Made by a program: the position numbers and the translations under genes. A DNA stretch of 64,000 nucleotides from Myxococcales bacterium. GTDB taxonomy: Bacteria; Desulfobacterota; Binatia; HRBIN30. The DNA is taken from contig JBBILD010000009.1 of the NCBI GenBank assembly GCA_037445065.1, positions 32,001-96,000 of the forward strand, given 5' to 3'. Shown here piece after piece: positions 10,607 through 19,037 of the stretch (position 1 is the first letter of the stretch; each line of letters starts with the position of its first letter). The notes beneath the pieces are model-generated. The model did no database searches. It saw only the letters and a list, made by a program, of their open reading frames with translations, and was not told the origin of the DNA.

Positions 10607-10609
10607 TGG

Positions 10610-10996
10610 ATGCCACAAAAAAACCAACACCGCGCCGGCGGCTCCCCACGCCCCAACGAGCTGCAAGAGTTCAAGGCGCGCTTCTTTCGCGCTCTCGCGC
10701 ATCCAGTGCGGATCCAGATCTTGGAAATCCTGGGGCGCGGCAGCCGCGCGGTGCAGGAACTGCAAGACGAACTGCAACTCGAACAGCCGATCGTCTCCCA
10801 ACAGCTTGCCGTCCTGCGGGCTCACGACATCGTCTGGGCGCAGAAACAGGGCGCCTCCGTGCGCTACGCGCTTCGCGACCCGCTTGTCCGTGACCTGCTG
10901 GCAGTGGCACGGGAGATCTTTAGGAACCGCCTGGATCGAACTCGCGGGCTACTCGAAGAGCTACACCGGCAACAGCGGCGAGGCGGGCGCCGTTAA
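10610..10996 (+). CDS. ArsR/SmtB family transcriptional regulator
   Basis: FFRALAHPVRIQILEIL...IVSQQLAVLR...GASVRYAL winged HTH; divergent from dabA. Confidence 0.9.
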   Translation: MPQKNQHRAGGSPRPNELQEFKARFFRALAHPVRIQILEILGRGSRAVQELQDELQLEQPIVSQQLAVLRAHDIVWAQKQGASVRYALRDPLVRDLLAVAREIFRNRLDRTRGLLEELHRQQRRGGRR

Positions 10997-11559
10997 GCGC
11001 CCCGGCGGGCGTTGAGTTCGCGTGCCGCGCGTGCTTTGGGGGACGTCCCCCCAACAGGAGGCATCGCTTCGCTGTACCTTTGGCCCGCCCACGCTCCCGC
11101 GCAGCAAACGAACTCGTACTCGAAGCTGATCCCCTTGGACCCGGGGGCCTCCCAGCAGAAAGCGGATTCGGGCCAGGCCCGACACGTTTCGCCGGCGCAA
11201 ACACCATGCCCAGCCGCGACCGCCGCTCTTCCAAACAATCCCCCAGCTTGAACTCTCGGTGCGGGCACGGAGAAAGCACCGGATCCTGAGACGGCCTCTC
11301 GCCTCCGCCGGAGCCGAAGCGGCGACACCGCAAGAGCGGGCCCTGCACGCTGCGCAGGGAGCGTGGACTTCGCGCAATCCTTCCCGCGGCACGCGGCTCT
11401 TGGCATGGACCTCGCACGACCCAGTTGCGGCAACGATTGCCACCACCCAGCGAGAATCGAGGCGGAGCTTCGTAATCGCACCGAGCACACACAAAATTGC
11501 AGGCTGCGTTGCACCGCTTCCGCGTGTTCGAGCCGGAGCCGCGCGCGCAGGCCGTGCGC

Positions 11560-11997
11560 TCAAGGAAGGTGGAACTGCTTCCAGCGGCGTTCTTCCTCGT
11601 CCGCGGCAACGTCTTCCACGTGCGTGGCAATCCACCAGACATTCCCACACAGGTCCCGAACGCCTCCGTATCGCTCGCCCGAAGGGAAGGTCATGATCGG
11701 GAACACCGACTCGCCACCGGCGGCAAGTGCCCGCTCGTACACGGCGTCGCAGTCCGGAACGTACAGGTACAAGGATGCAGGCATGGCGGGAAAACGGTCG
11801 CTCGCCTTGCCCAACATCAGCATCGAGTCGCCGAGCCGCAGTTCGGCGTGCATGATTCCTCCATTCGCTCGCTTCTTCACGAACCTCAGCTCTGCGCCAA
11901 AAGCGACTTCGAGAAACTGGATCAATCGCGCAGCGCCGTGCACGAGCAAGTACGGCGTCACGGTGTGGAAACCATCGCGAATCGGTTGCACTTGCAC
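11560..11997 (-). CDS. VOC/glyoxalase (PhnB-like) family protein
   Basis: GFHTVTPYL, IMHAELRLGDSMLML, LYLYVPDCDAVYERALAAG and GNVWWIATH motifs; AAGGAG SD. Confidence 0.9.
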   Translation of the reverse strand: MQVQPIRDGFHTVTPYLLVHGAARLIQFLEVAFGAELRFVKKRANGGIMHAELRLGDSMLMLGKASDRFPAMPASLYLYVPDCDAVYERALAAGGESVFPIMTFPSGERYGGVRDLCGNVWWIATHVEDVAADEEERRWKQFHLP

Positions 11998-12597
11998 ATT
12001 ACGCTCCTTTCTACCGGAACACCTCTGCCCGGCCCTTCGCCGCCTCGCCTATCACTGGTGGAAGACTGCCTGCAAATCGAGCCGCGCCATCGGAGCTGAC
12101 CATCTTGGAAGTACGGCATCCTGCCGAACTGAGCATTCTTGCCACGCCGGCTGGATGCGAGTTGAGAGGTCGGCTCGATCCAAGTTCGAATGTCGGCTGC
12201 ATGCACGTCGGGCCGCGCCCGGGCCGCCCGCAGGAAAACCCGTTTGCCAGTTTCGAAGCAGCACCCGCGACCACATCCCAGTGCGGCAATGCATGCGCAC
12301 TTCGCAAGCCGACACCATCAGGCCGATGCGCGGGCAAAGGCTCCAGCCGGGTTCCCCTTCAGTGGAAGTTCAATTGCCCCGTTGATGGCATGGCGTACCG
12401 GCAAGTTCGTGATACTGTGACCTTTCAGGCTCGTGCGTCTGTGAATAGTCCACTGCCACGATGATCATTCCAAAAGCGGGGGTCACGCTCACCTCCACAG
12501 TGCGCGCGCCGAATTGCCGCTTGGCGGATCGAGGCTGCTTCTCGACCTGCTGCTTCACCCAACCCTCCGCGCCCGGGGCCACATTCCCAACGAAACG

Positions 12598-12958
12598 GAG
12601 CATGACCGCAACCGCTTCGTGCCGATTCAGCGCCGTTCGCCCCGTGCCGCCGCTCTCCGTGTAGGTGGCGAGAGCGGCCTTCCGCTCGTGAGCGAGGCCC
12701 ACGTAGTCCACGACCAGCCCGCCAGGCTTGTCGCGAAAGACACGATTCGCGCGCAATCGCCCGCATCAGGCCGTAGCCATGCATGATCTTGTCTACGTAG
12801 ATCGTGTGCAAGCTCGGGCAGTCGAACCCAGTGAGCCAAATGTCGCGCACGATGACCAGTCGCAGCGTATCGTTCGGGTTCCGGAAGCATTTGGCCAGCC
12901 CCTCGCGCCTGTCCTGTTTCTGACGTGCGGCTGCCAGTCCACCGGGTCAGCGGCGGAG
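12598..12958 (-). pseudogene. hsdR: Type I restriction subunit R internal fragment, frameshifted
   Basis: Pieces in different frames: SAADPVDWQPHVRN / LAKCFRNPNDTLRLVIVRDIWLTGFDCPSLHTIYVDK...LMRAIAR / [21 protein letters not shown]...[13 protein letters not shown]- and C-termini missing. Confidence 0.85.
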
Positions 12959-12959
12959 C

Positions 12960-13258
12960 AGGGACCACCGGCCGCTCGCCCCGCGCTACGATCCACACGA
13001 TGCCGTGAATGTGATTCGGCATTACCACGAATTCATCATCGAACAGTTCATTTTCCTGTCGGATGTCTGCCGACCGGAACCCTTCCTCGCGTGCGCTGAC
13101 ACCCCACGCGTTCAATCGCATCTCTCCATCCACCACATGGCGGAAGAGGCATGCGTGGTTTTGCGTCCAGAGGGTCACGAAATACCCCCTGCCAGGGCGC
13201 AATCGCACCCCTTCAGGCGAAGTGATTGGCGGTGATGGAAGTGGGGGTGGTGAGTCAT
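12960..13258 (-). pseudogene. REP-associated tyrosine transposase (RAYT, IS200-like Y1 HUH) N-terminal remnant
   Basis: MTHHPHFHHRQSLRLKG, then a frameshift, then YFVTLWTQNHACLF...GEMRLNAWG...FVVMPNHIHGIVWIV. Truncated at a REP-like sequence. Confidence 0.85.
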
Positions 13259-13289
13259 AGCTGGGGCTCTCCCTAAACCCGCTCCGCAT

Positions 13290-14529
13290 CCCTACATCCG
13301 CAGCTCACCGGAAATCGAGTTGGGCAGCAGCGCGTCCCGCAAGGCGGCGACGGCGGGATTCATGGTCGGCCTGCGCAATCCTCTGCAGAACAGGACCGCG
13401 AAAGTGACAAACACGCAAGAGCAGATTACCCTCGGCTCGTACGATCTTCATCGCCGCCACGACCTCCGACCGAACTGCGGGATAGGCGGCGCCGTCGGCC
13501 AAATGAGTGAGACCCTGAGTGAGACCCTGAATGTTGTCCATCGCCGTGGCGGCGAGATAAAGCAACTCGGCGAGCTCCGGCGTTGGCAGCCGAAGGACCG
13601 CAAAGGCAGTGCTGTCTGTAAGCCCAGATTCGGACATGAAAGCGTAGGAGCCGTTTCCTGGACGTACGGTACCAACGATCGAGTCTCGCGGGCGTAGGGC
13701 CCGCTGAGCGCGGCTAGGCGCTTCGGATTCCGTATATGTGGTGATCGCGTCGGTTCGCCGCCATTTCGTGCTCGAGAGGTAGGCATAATCAAGTTCGGCA
13801 GCGCGTGTTTCCTTTGTCCACACCTTGGCACCAAGAGTTGAAACGTCCGCGAGCGTTCCCACCTCCCACCCCTCCGGGATCTCGCCGAGTTCCGACTGCA
13901 CCAAGCGGTCGGGGAAGAGGTCGTAGAGGTGCGCGGGAAGCCAAAAGCCCCTCTCCCCCTGGGAGAGGGGAGTGTGGGCGCCAGCGGCCCTCCATCTTCG
14001 CGCGGACAGGCTCGAAGTCTACGAACCATGACTTGAACAGCGCCCGCGCCATCTGCTCCAGCGTCTCGCTCATGCGGCGGTTCAGCTCGATCTTGTCGTC
14101 CAGCGTGCCGAGGATGTGCGCGATGGCGCGCTGTTCGGAGAGGGGAGGAAGCCGAACAGTCTGCGCCTCAAGCGTTTGGTTGCTAATATATGGTTGGCCG
14201 CTTCCTTCTCGGATTCGCGCAAAGTCAAAGTTCCGCATCCAGTAGAAAAGAAAACGCGTGTAGCAGCCTGCCCTGCCTCGGATACCGGCGGCGTTGTTGT
14301 TGATCCAGCAAGGCCCTGCTGAATACATAGCCGCGCCACAGTTGGAGCCGATCCGCGCGAAGGCGATGATTGGGGCATCATAAAGCGGCACGGGAGATTT
14401 CCCCATCACTGAGTTCGAGCCAAAAATGAGGTACGGACCAGTGGGATCGTATTGTTCAGCGGGGATATATTTGCCCGGCAGGATTTCAGCGACCTCGCCA
14501 AAACGCACTGTGCGCCACTCACCCGCCAT
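13290..14529 (-). pseudogene. hsdS: Type I R-M specificity subunit S, frameshifted
   Basis: MAGEW..., [46 protein letters not shown]; frameshift near 13945 into [25 protein letters not shown]; second frameshift before [17 protein letters not shown]. Confidence 0.9.
13948..13970. repeat. Palindromic element copy inside hsdS
   Basis: CCCCTCTCCC-CCT-GGGAGAGGGG, a perfect 10-bp stem. Confidence 0.85.
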
Positions 14530-14547
14530 AGCCCAGCCCTTTCCGCT

Positions 14548-15225
14548 TCATCCAACCAGCCCACGTAACAAGCCGGCTATCCGTTGAACCAGATCTGCGC
14601 ATCCACCGATGGTCGCAGCAGCCTTCACGCCCTCCCATGCCGCAGAGATGATCCCTCGATTGGGCTCTGGCTTTGCGAGCTGCGTCTCAATAGTGTCAAT
14701 GTCCGCAACAATGCTCAATTTCTCGTGTTCTGGTGCAGCGGAACTTGTAACCGCTGTACGGAGTTCGGCGAGAGCCTGTCCTAGGTCCGTGTACTGTGCA
14801 TTGATCTGGTTGCCGTCACCAAGCGTGATGATGTTCTGGCCGGTCGCATTGATGTTGATCCCGTGAAACTTTGGCATAGTGAAGTCGCCGGGTCCTTCGA
14901 TTTTGTCTATGCCTGCCGCTGTGATCCTGTAGTAGCTGGTCGCCGAGGGAATAATCGTACCGCCGGGTGCCGTGACCGATTTCTCTATCCTTTCCTCCTC
15001 CACCCAACCTTGGCTGAGGAGATAGGTAAGGTTGCTTTGCACTTCCTGCTGGGTTAGGCCGTGCATCGCTTTGAGCTCTTTCTTCACGTCACTGATCTTG
15101 ACTGCCGAACCCTTCTTGCCCCGAACGCTCGTCGCGTTCTTGTTCCGGTCATAGAAGTACCGAAGCATGACGCGGCGGATCTCGTTGTTCGATGGGCGCT
15201 GCTGACTCGCCTTCGCTTTAGGCAT
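14548..15225 (-). CDS. Hypothetical protein (predicted N-terminal winged helix plus helical C-terminus) between hsdM and hsdS
   Basis: Open 225-aa ORF; AAGGA SD; 8-nt overlap with the hsdM end; wHTH-like pattern [17 protein letters not shown]...[13 protein letters not shown]; visibly lower GC than the flanks. Confidence 0.75.
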   Translation of the reverse strand: MPKAKASQQRPSNNEIRRVMLRYFYDRNKNATSVRGKKGSAVKISDVKKELKAMHGLTQQEVQSNLTYLLSQGWVEEERIEKSVTAPGGTIIPSATSYYRITAAGIDKIEGPGDFTMPKFHGININATGQNIITLGDGNQINAQYTDLGQALAELRTAVTSSAAPEHEKLSIVADIDTIETQLAKPEPNRGIISAAWEGVKAAATIGGCADLVQRIAGLLRGLVG

Positions 15226-16864
15226 ACCCCAGTTCCTTCAGGTTGGCGGCAATCGCGGCGTCGAGGCTCGCGGCCTCGGCCTGCTGTTCACGTACCGTCG
15301 CCACCAGCCGCTTCATCTTCTCTTCGAAAGGCTCGTCGTCGTCTTCTTGGACCTCGGCGCCCACGTAGCGGCCAGGGGTGAGCACGTAGCCGTGTTCGCG
15401 GATCTCTTCGAGGGTGGCGCTCTTGCAGAAGCCCGGGGTGTCTTTGTACCCCTCACCCCGGCCCTCTCCCGCTGGGAGAGGGTGGCCGAAGGCCGGGTGA
15501 GGGCCGCGAGTACGCCAAGCGTGGTAGGCGTTTGCGATGCGGGCGATGTCCTCATCGGTCAGTTCCCGGTGGAGGCGATCCACCATCCGGCCCAGCTTGC
15601 GGGCGTCAAGAAAGAGGACCTGGCCGCGGCGGTCGCGACCCTCACCCCCGGCCCCTCTCCCCGAGGGAGAGAGATGGCCGGATTTGTTGCGCGCGATGAA
15701 CCAGAGACAGGCGGGGATCTGCGTCGAGTAAAAGAGCTGGCCGGGCAAGGCCACCATGCAATCCACCAAGTCGGCGTCGATGATGCTCTTGCGGATCTCC
15801 CTCTCCCCCGATTGGTTGGAGGACATAAAGCCGTTGGCGAGGACGAAGCCGGCGTAGCCCGTGGGCGCCAGGTGGTGGATGATATGCTGGACCCAGGCGA
15901 AGTTGGCGTGGCGCACGGGTGGTATGCCATATTTCCAGCGCCTATCGTCGCGCAACCTCTCGCCGCCCCACTCCTTCATGTTGAACGGCGGATTCGCCAG
16001 GATGAAGTCGGCCTTGAGGTCGGGGAAGCGATCGTTGTGGAAAGTGTCGCCCTGCTCGATCCGACCATCGATGCCCCGGATGGCCAGGTTCGTCTTGGCC
16101 AGCCGCCCGGTGGTGTAGTTCAGCTCCTGCCCGTAGATGCTGATCTGGCTGCGGGCGCGGCCGCCGTTGCCGTTCCCCGTGGCGTGGGCCTCGATGAACT
16201 CCACCGACTGCACGAACATGCCCGCCGAGCCGCAGCAGGGATCGTAGACCCGGCCCTGGAACGGTTCGAGCATCTCGACGAGCAGCCGGACCACACACCG
16301 GGGCGTGCAGAACTCACCGCCCTTCTTGCCTTCGGCGCTGGCGAACTGCGAGAGAAAGTACTCGTAGACGCGGCCAAGCACGTCTTTGGCCCGGGCATCG
16401 GCATCGCCCACGCGGATGTTGGTGACGAGATCGATCAGTTGCCCGAGGCGCTGCTTGTCCAGAGCCGGGCGGGCATAGTCCTTCGGAAGGACGCCTCTGA
16501 GCGAGGGATTGTCGCGCTCCACGGCCTCCATCGCCTCGTCCACGATCTGCCCGATGGTGGGCTGGCGAGCGTTCTGCCGCAGCCGCTCCCAGCGGGCCTC
16601 GGGCGGGACCCAGAAGACGTTGGCGGCGCGGTACTCGTCCGGGTCCTCGGGGTCGGCGTGAGGCTCCTGCTGCAGCCGCTTGTGCTGCTCTTCGAAGGCG
16701 TCCGAGATGTACTTGAGGAAGATCAGGCCGAGCACCACGTGCTTGTATTCGGCGGCGTCCATCGAGCCGCGCAGGGCATCGGCCATGCGCCAACGCTCTG
16801 CTTCGTAGCCGACCGTGGCGGAGTTTGTCTCGGTCACTTGCCTTTTGCTTCTCCCTTTAGCCAT
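15218..16864 (-). CDS. hsdM: Type I R-M methyltransferase subunit M (ORF intact, probably degenerating)
   Basis: [39 protein letters not shown] (SAM binding), NPPF (m6A catalytic motif) and [10 protein letters not shown]. Confidence 0.93.
   Translation of the reverse strand: MAKGRSKRQVTETNSATVGYEAERWRMADALRGSMDAAEYKHVVLGLIFLKYISDAFEEQHKRLQQEPHADPEDPDEYRAANVFWVPPEARWERLRQNARQPTIGQIVDEAMEAVERDNPSLRGVLPKDYARPALDKQRLGQLIDLVTNIRVGDADARAKDVLGRVYEYFLSQFASAEGKKGGEFCTPRCVVRLLVEMLEPFQGRVYDPCCGSAGMFVQSVEFIEAHATGNGNGGRARSQISIYGQELNYTTGRLAKTNLAIRGIDGRIEQGDTFHNDRFPDLKADFILANPPFNMKEWGGERLRDDRRWKYGIPPVRHANFAWVQHIIHHLAPTGYAGFVLANGFMSSNQSGEREIRKSIIDADLVDCMVALPGQLFYSTQIPACLWFIARNKSGHLSPSGRGAGGEGRDRRGQVLFLDARKLGRMVDRLHRELTDEDIARIANAYHAWRTRGPHPAFGHPLPAGEGRGEGYKDTPGFCKSATLEEIREHGYVLTPGRYVGAEVQEDDDEPFEEKMKRLVATVREQQAEAASLDAAIAANLKELGYA
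15450..15503. repeat. 54-bp nested palindromic element inserted in frame in hsdM
   Basis: CCCTCACCC-CGG-CCCTCTCCC-GCT-GGGAGAGGG-T-GGCC-GAA-GGCC-GGGTGAGGG. Confidence 0.9.
15639..15673. repeat. Second palindromic element in frame in hsdM
   Basis: CCCTCACCCCCGGCCCCTCTCCC-CGA-GGGAGAGAG, same family as 15450..15503. Confidence 0.85.
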
Positions 16865-16882
16865 TTTTTCACCTCACCCAAT

Positions 16883-16943
16883 GCCCAACGATCCATGCTG
16901 CTCGGCCGCGCGCAACGCCGCCCGCTGCAACCGACTGTCCGCG
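16883..16943 (-). mobile_element. Degenerate integron attC-like site
   Basis: Minus strand: CGCGGAC-AGTCG-GTTGCAGC-GGGCGGCG-TTGCG-CGCGGCC-GAGCAGC-ATGGATC-GTTGGGC. Ends in GTTRRRY 18 nt before the hsdM ATG. Confidence 0.45.
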
Positions 16944-17060
16944 TGCCGAATTTATCTACTGATTTTACACCTGACTATCCCGCATCTCGCCGAGGGCCCT
17001 CGCCACGGCCGTTCGCGACTGGCCAACTCCGTGGGCGAGGATCGCCAGCCGAGCAGCTTT

Positions 17061-17400
17061 TTACGATGTGCTTTCCTGTACGAGCCAGCTTCTCCGGGGG
17101 TCAGAGATCTTCCAAAGGCTGTGGGGCGAGTCGCGTTTCATCAAGCCTTCCCGTACGAGGGTGTTCCGCCACCATGGGGCGCTCTTCTTCCAGGGCACGG
17201 AGCGCGGATCCGACGGCACCGGTTCACAATCGCATTGGTTGAGACCGCTCTTGAGCTTGGCGCCAACCTTTTCGAGGACCTCGCCAACGGGGGCACTGCC
17301 GCCGAGCTCGACCAAGGCGTGCAGAATCGGCCTTCGAAACGCCTCTTCCGCAGTGCGCAGCCCGCGCCCGAAGCGTCCGTTAGCGGCTCGAGGCGGCTTC
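17061..17400 (-). pseudogene. Mrr N-terminal-like winged-helix protein remnant
   Basis: RGLRTAEEAFRRPILHALVELGGSAPVGEVL...WRNTLVREGLMKRDSP..WKIS; no own start codon and eroded consensus. Confidence 0.7.
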
Positions 17401-17439
17401 GGCGGACGTGCTTTGAGGCCCCCCTGTAAGACCTGCCCA

Positions 17440-17600
17440 TTCGCGCTGGAGCGCCTTGACCTTCTCAAAACAGATTTGTGCGGGCGCTCAAGTTCTGCGT
17501 CTGTAGCCGCCTGGGCGTTCTTCAGGGTCTCGAGCTTCTCCTGCACCGGCTCCAGGCGTGCCACAATGCGGCGTTGCTCCTCGAGCGGTGGGAGGGGTCT
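17440..17600 (-). pseudogene. hsdS: C-terminal fragment of a second HsdS
   Basis: PLPPLEEQRRIVARLEPVQEKLETLKNAQAATDAELER conserved coiled-coil repeat. Confidence 0.75.
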
Positions 17601-18080
17601 GGGGGGCGCTCCATAAGGCATCGAGACGGGTGCAGGGCTGACGGCCCCCTGCCATGTTGCGGTTGGCGTATGCAAGGAATCCTAGGGAGCGCTGGAAACC
17701 TCTTGAATCGTGCGGGCTAACTATATCGCGGCCTCAGAGCGATGCGGACACACCCAGTTGACGCAACGCCTTCGCCAAACGGGACGACCACCTTGTTGAG
17801 CCACGGTCTCCGCTTTTTGTAGGAGACAAAGCCGAGTCGGAAAGCGATAACTCGGCCCCTGATATCCGAATCCCGCACCTCAACCCTGCAGGGTTCTTCC
17901 CACTGGCCTGGAGCGACATGCTCCTTGGCGAAGTATCGGAAGCTCAAGTTAGGCTCGCCGCTGGTTTTCATGATCACCGGCTCACGCTGTCGCACCTCCC
18001 GCAGCCTTACCCGGCACCTGGCTACGGGGAGTGTGTAGGGTCCGTCGGTGATGGTTGGGTCTCCCTTTTTCTTTCTTTGG

Positions 18081-18108
18081 GTTGGGGCATGTTGCAACGT
18101 ATCCCAAC
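18081..18108. repeat. Degenerate REP-like palindrome at the RAYT 3' end
   Basis: GTTGGGGCATGTTG/CAACGTATCCCAAC, 11 of 14 positions complementary. Confidence 0.6.
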
Positions 18109-18373
18109 ATCGTTCTCCAACCACGATTCCCATTCGCTGTCCTGACCTATGGCGTCGGGGTTTTCCCGATCCAGATGCCACTGCGTGGGGTTTTCCAAAA
18201 TGTATTTGTGAATCCGTTGTAGGGATGTTTCGTTGCGAACGATGTGTTCGGAATCATTGCGTGGCCAGACAGGTACACCGAGCATACCACGATGTTCCTT
18301 GATGCGTTTGGTCGTGGCGCATTTGAATGCGCGGACAATCGCACCCAGGGAACCGGGCGCAACGTTGATGGCG

Positions 18374-18402
18374 GTAGGGGCTCAGTGCCGCTGCTCCCTT
18401 AC
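18374..18402. repeat. REP-like palindrome embedded in the RAYT coding sequence
   Basis: GTAGGGGCTCAGTGCCGCTGCTCCCTTAC, a GTAG-initiated imperfect hairpin. Confidence 0.7.
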
Positions 18403-18711
18403 GATAAGATCCCGCGTCGTCACGACGTCATCGCCCAAAATCCAAGGGATCCGGTGAACGTGGTTAGGCATGACCACGAATTCGCCATTGTCCGACCGCA
18501 CATAGGGGCGGATGCATCCGGTGGCCATCCATTCCTAGCACGCGATCTCGCCCCATTCGTTTCATCGCATTTCCCCATCCACCACCTCGCCGAACAAACA
18601 TCCGCGGTCATTGGTAACGACGGTAACGAAATACGCTGCCGGTTGGGTGTAATCGTAACCCTCGAGGCGGATGGAACGCCGGTGAGGCGTTTCAGGATCG
18701 AGCCTCATGAT

Positions 18712-18905
18712 TCGCTGCTGCTCCCTTGCTTCATCGCTCGTCCAGTCCTTCACCATAACCAGGATCTCCCGCTTGGGCTCCGGAGGGTCCGCCACGATCT
18801 CCACCCGCGAGGGAAGCACCTCGGTTTCCTTTCAGTTCGGGTTGCGGGCAGCAAGGTCTTAGGCGCGCTACTTGAGCTCGTCGGCAGACACAATCTCGGT
18901 CAATG
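18712..18905 (-). pseudogene. hsdM: C-terminal remnant of a second, different HsdM
   Basis: EIVSADELK*RA*DLAARNPN*KETEVLPSRVEIVAD...KREIL resembles the 'YDLSARNPN...LPSPxEIV...EREI' tail of N6-adenine MTases; three stops. Confidence 0.6.
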
Positions 18906-19037
18906 CCCACGCTGGTTGTCTCGCCCGCATGCGCCACGGCGCGCCAAGGTTAGGCCTTGCGCCCGCTCGGCCTCTTGGCGGGCCGACATGGTTCCCCGCC
19001 CTTGACTTGCCGGCAGCGGCAATCGAGAGAGTGGGTT

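Larger units (their letters stand above)
18022..18708 (-). pseudogene. Second RAYT (Y1 HUH transposase), full length with three in-frame stops
   Basis: One frame: MRLDPETPHRRSIRLEGYDYTQPAAYFVT...GEMR*NEWG...FVVMPNHVH...GSLGAIVRAFKCATTKRI...VWPRNDSEHIVRNE...YILENPTQW. Confidence 0.92.

Noticed and set aside
10997..11559. Overlapping ORFs and palindrome TTGGGGGACGTCCCCCCAA (11036-11054)
   Set aside because: No convincing protein motif or start signals; the palindrome is single-copy and may only be a terminator-like hairpin.
15347..17242. 631-aa plus-strand ORF and similar long antisense ORFs (e.g. 22169..23614, 43970..45352, 56818..58029)
   Set aside because: Shadow ORFs opposite real genes, expected at high GC3; no motifs.
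14130..17600. hsdS shufflon between the two hsdS remnants
   Set aside because: Same orientation, no long inverted repeats, no adjacent recombinase, and the remnants appear to be different subtypes.
18940..19037. Moco riboswitch upstream of moaA
   Set aside because: No recognisable conserved motif; the region is short and contains only a TTGACT promoter-like hexamer.
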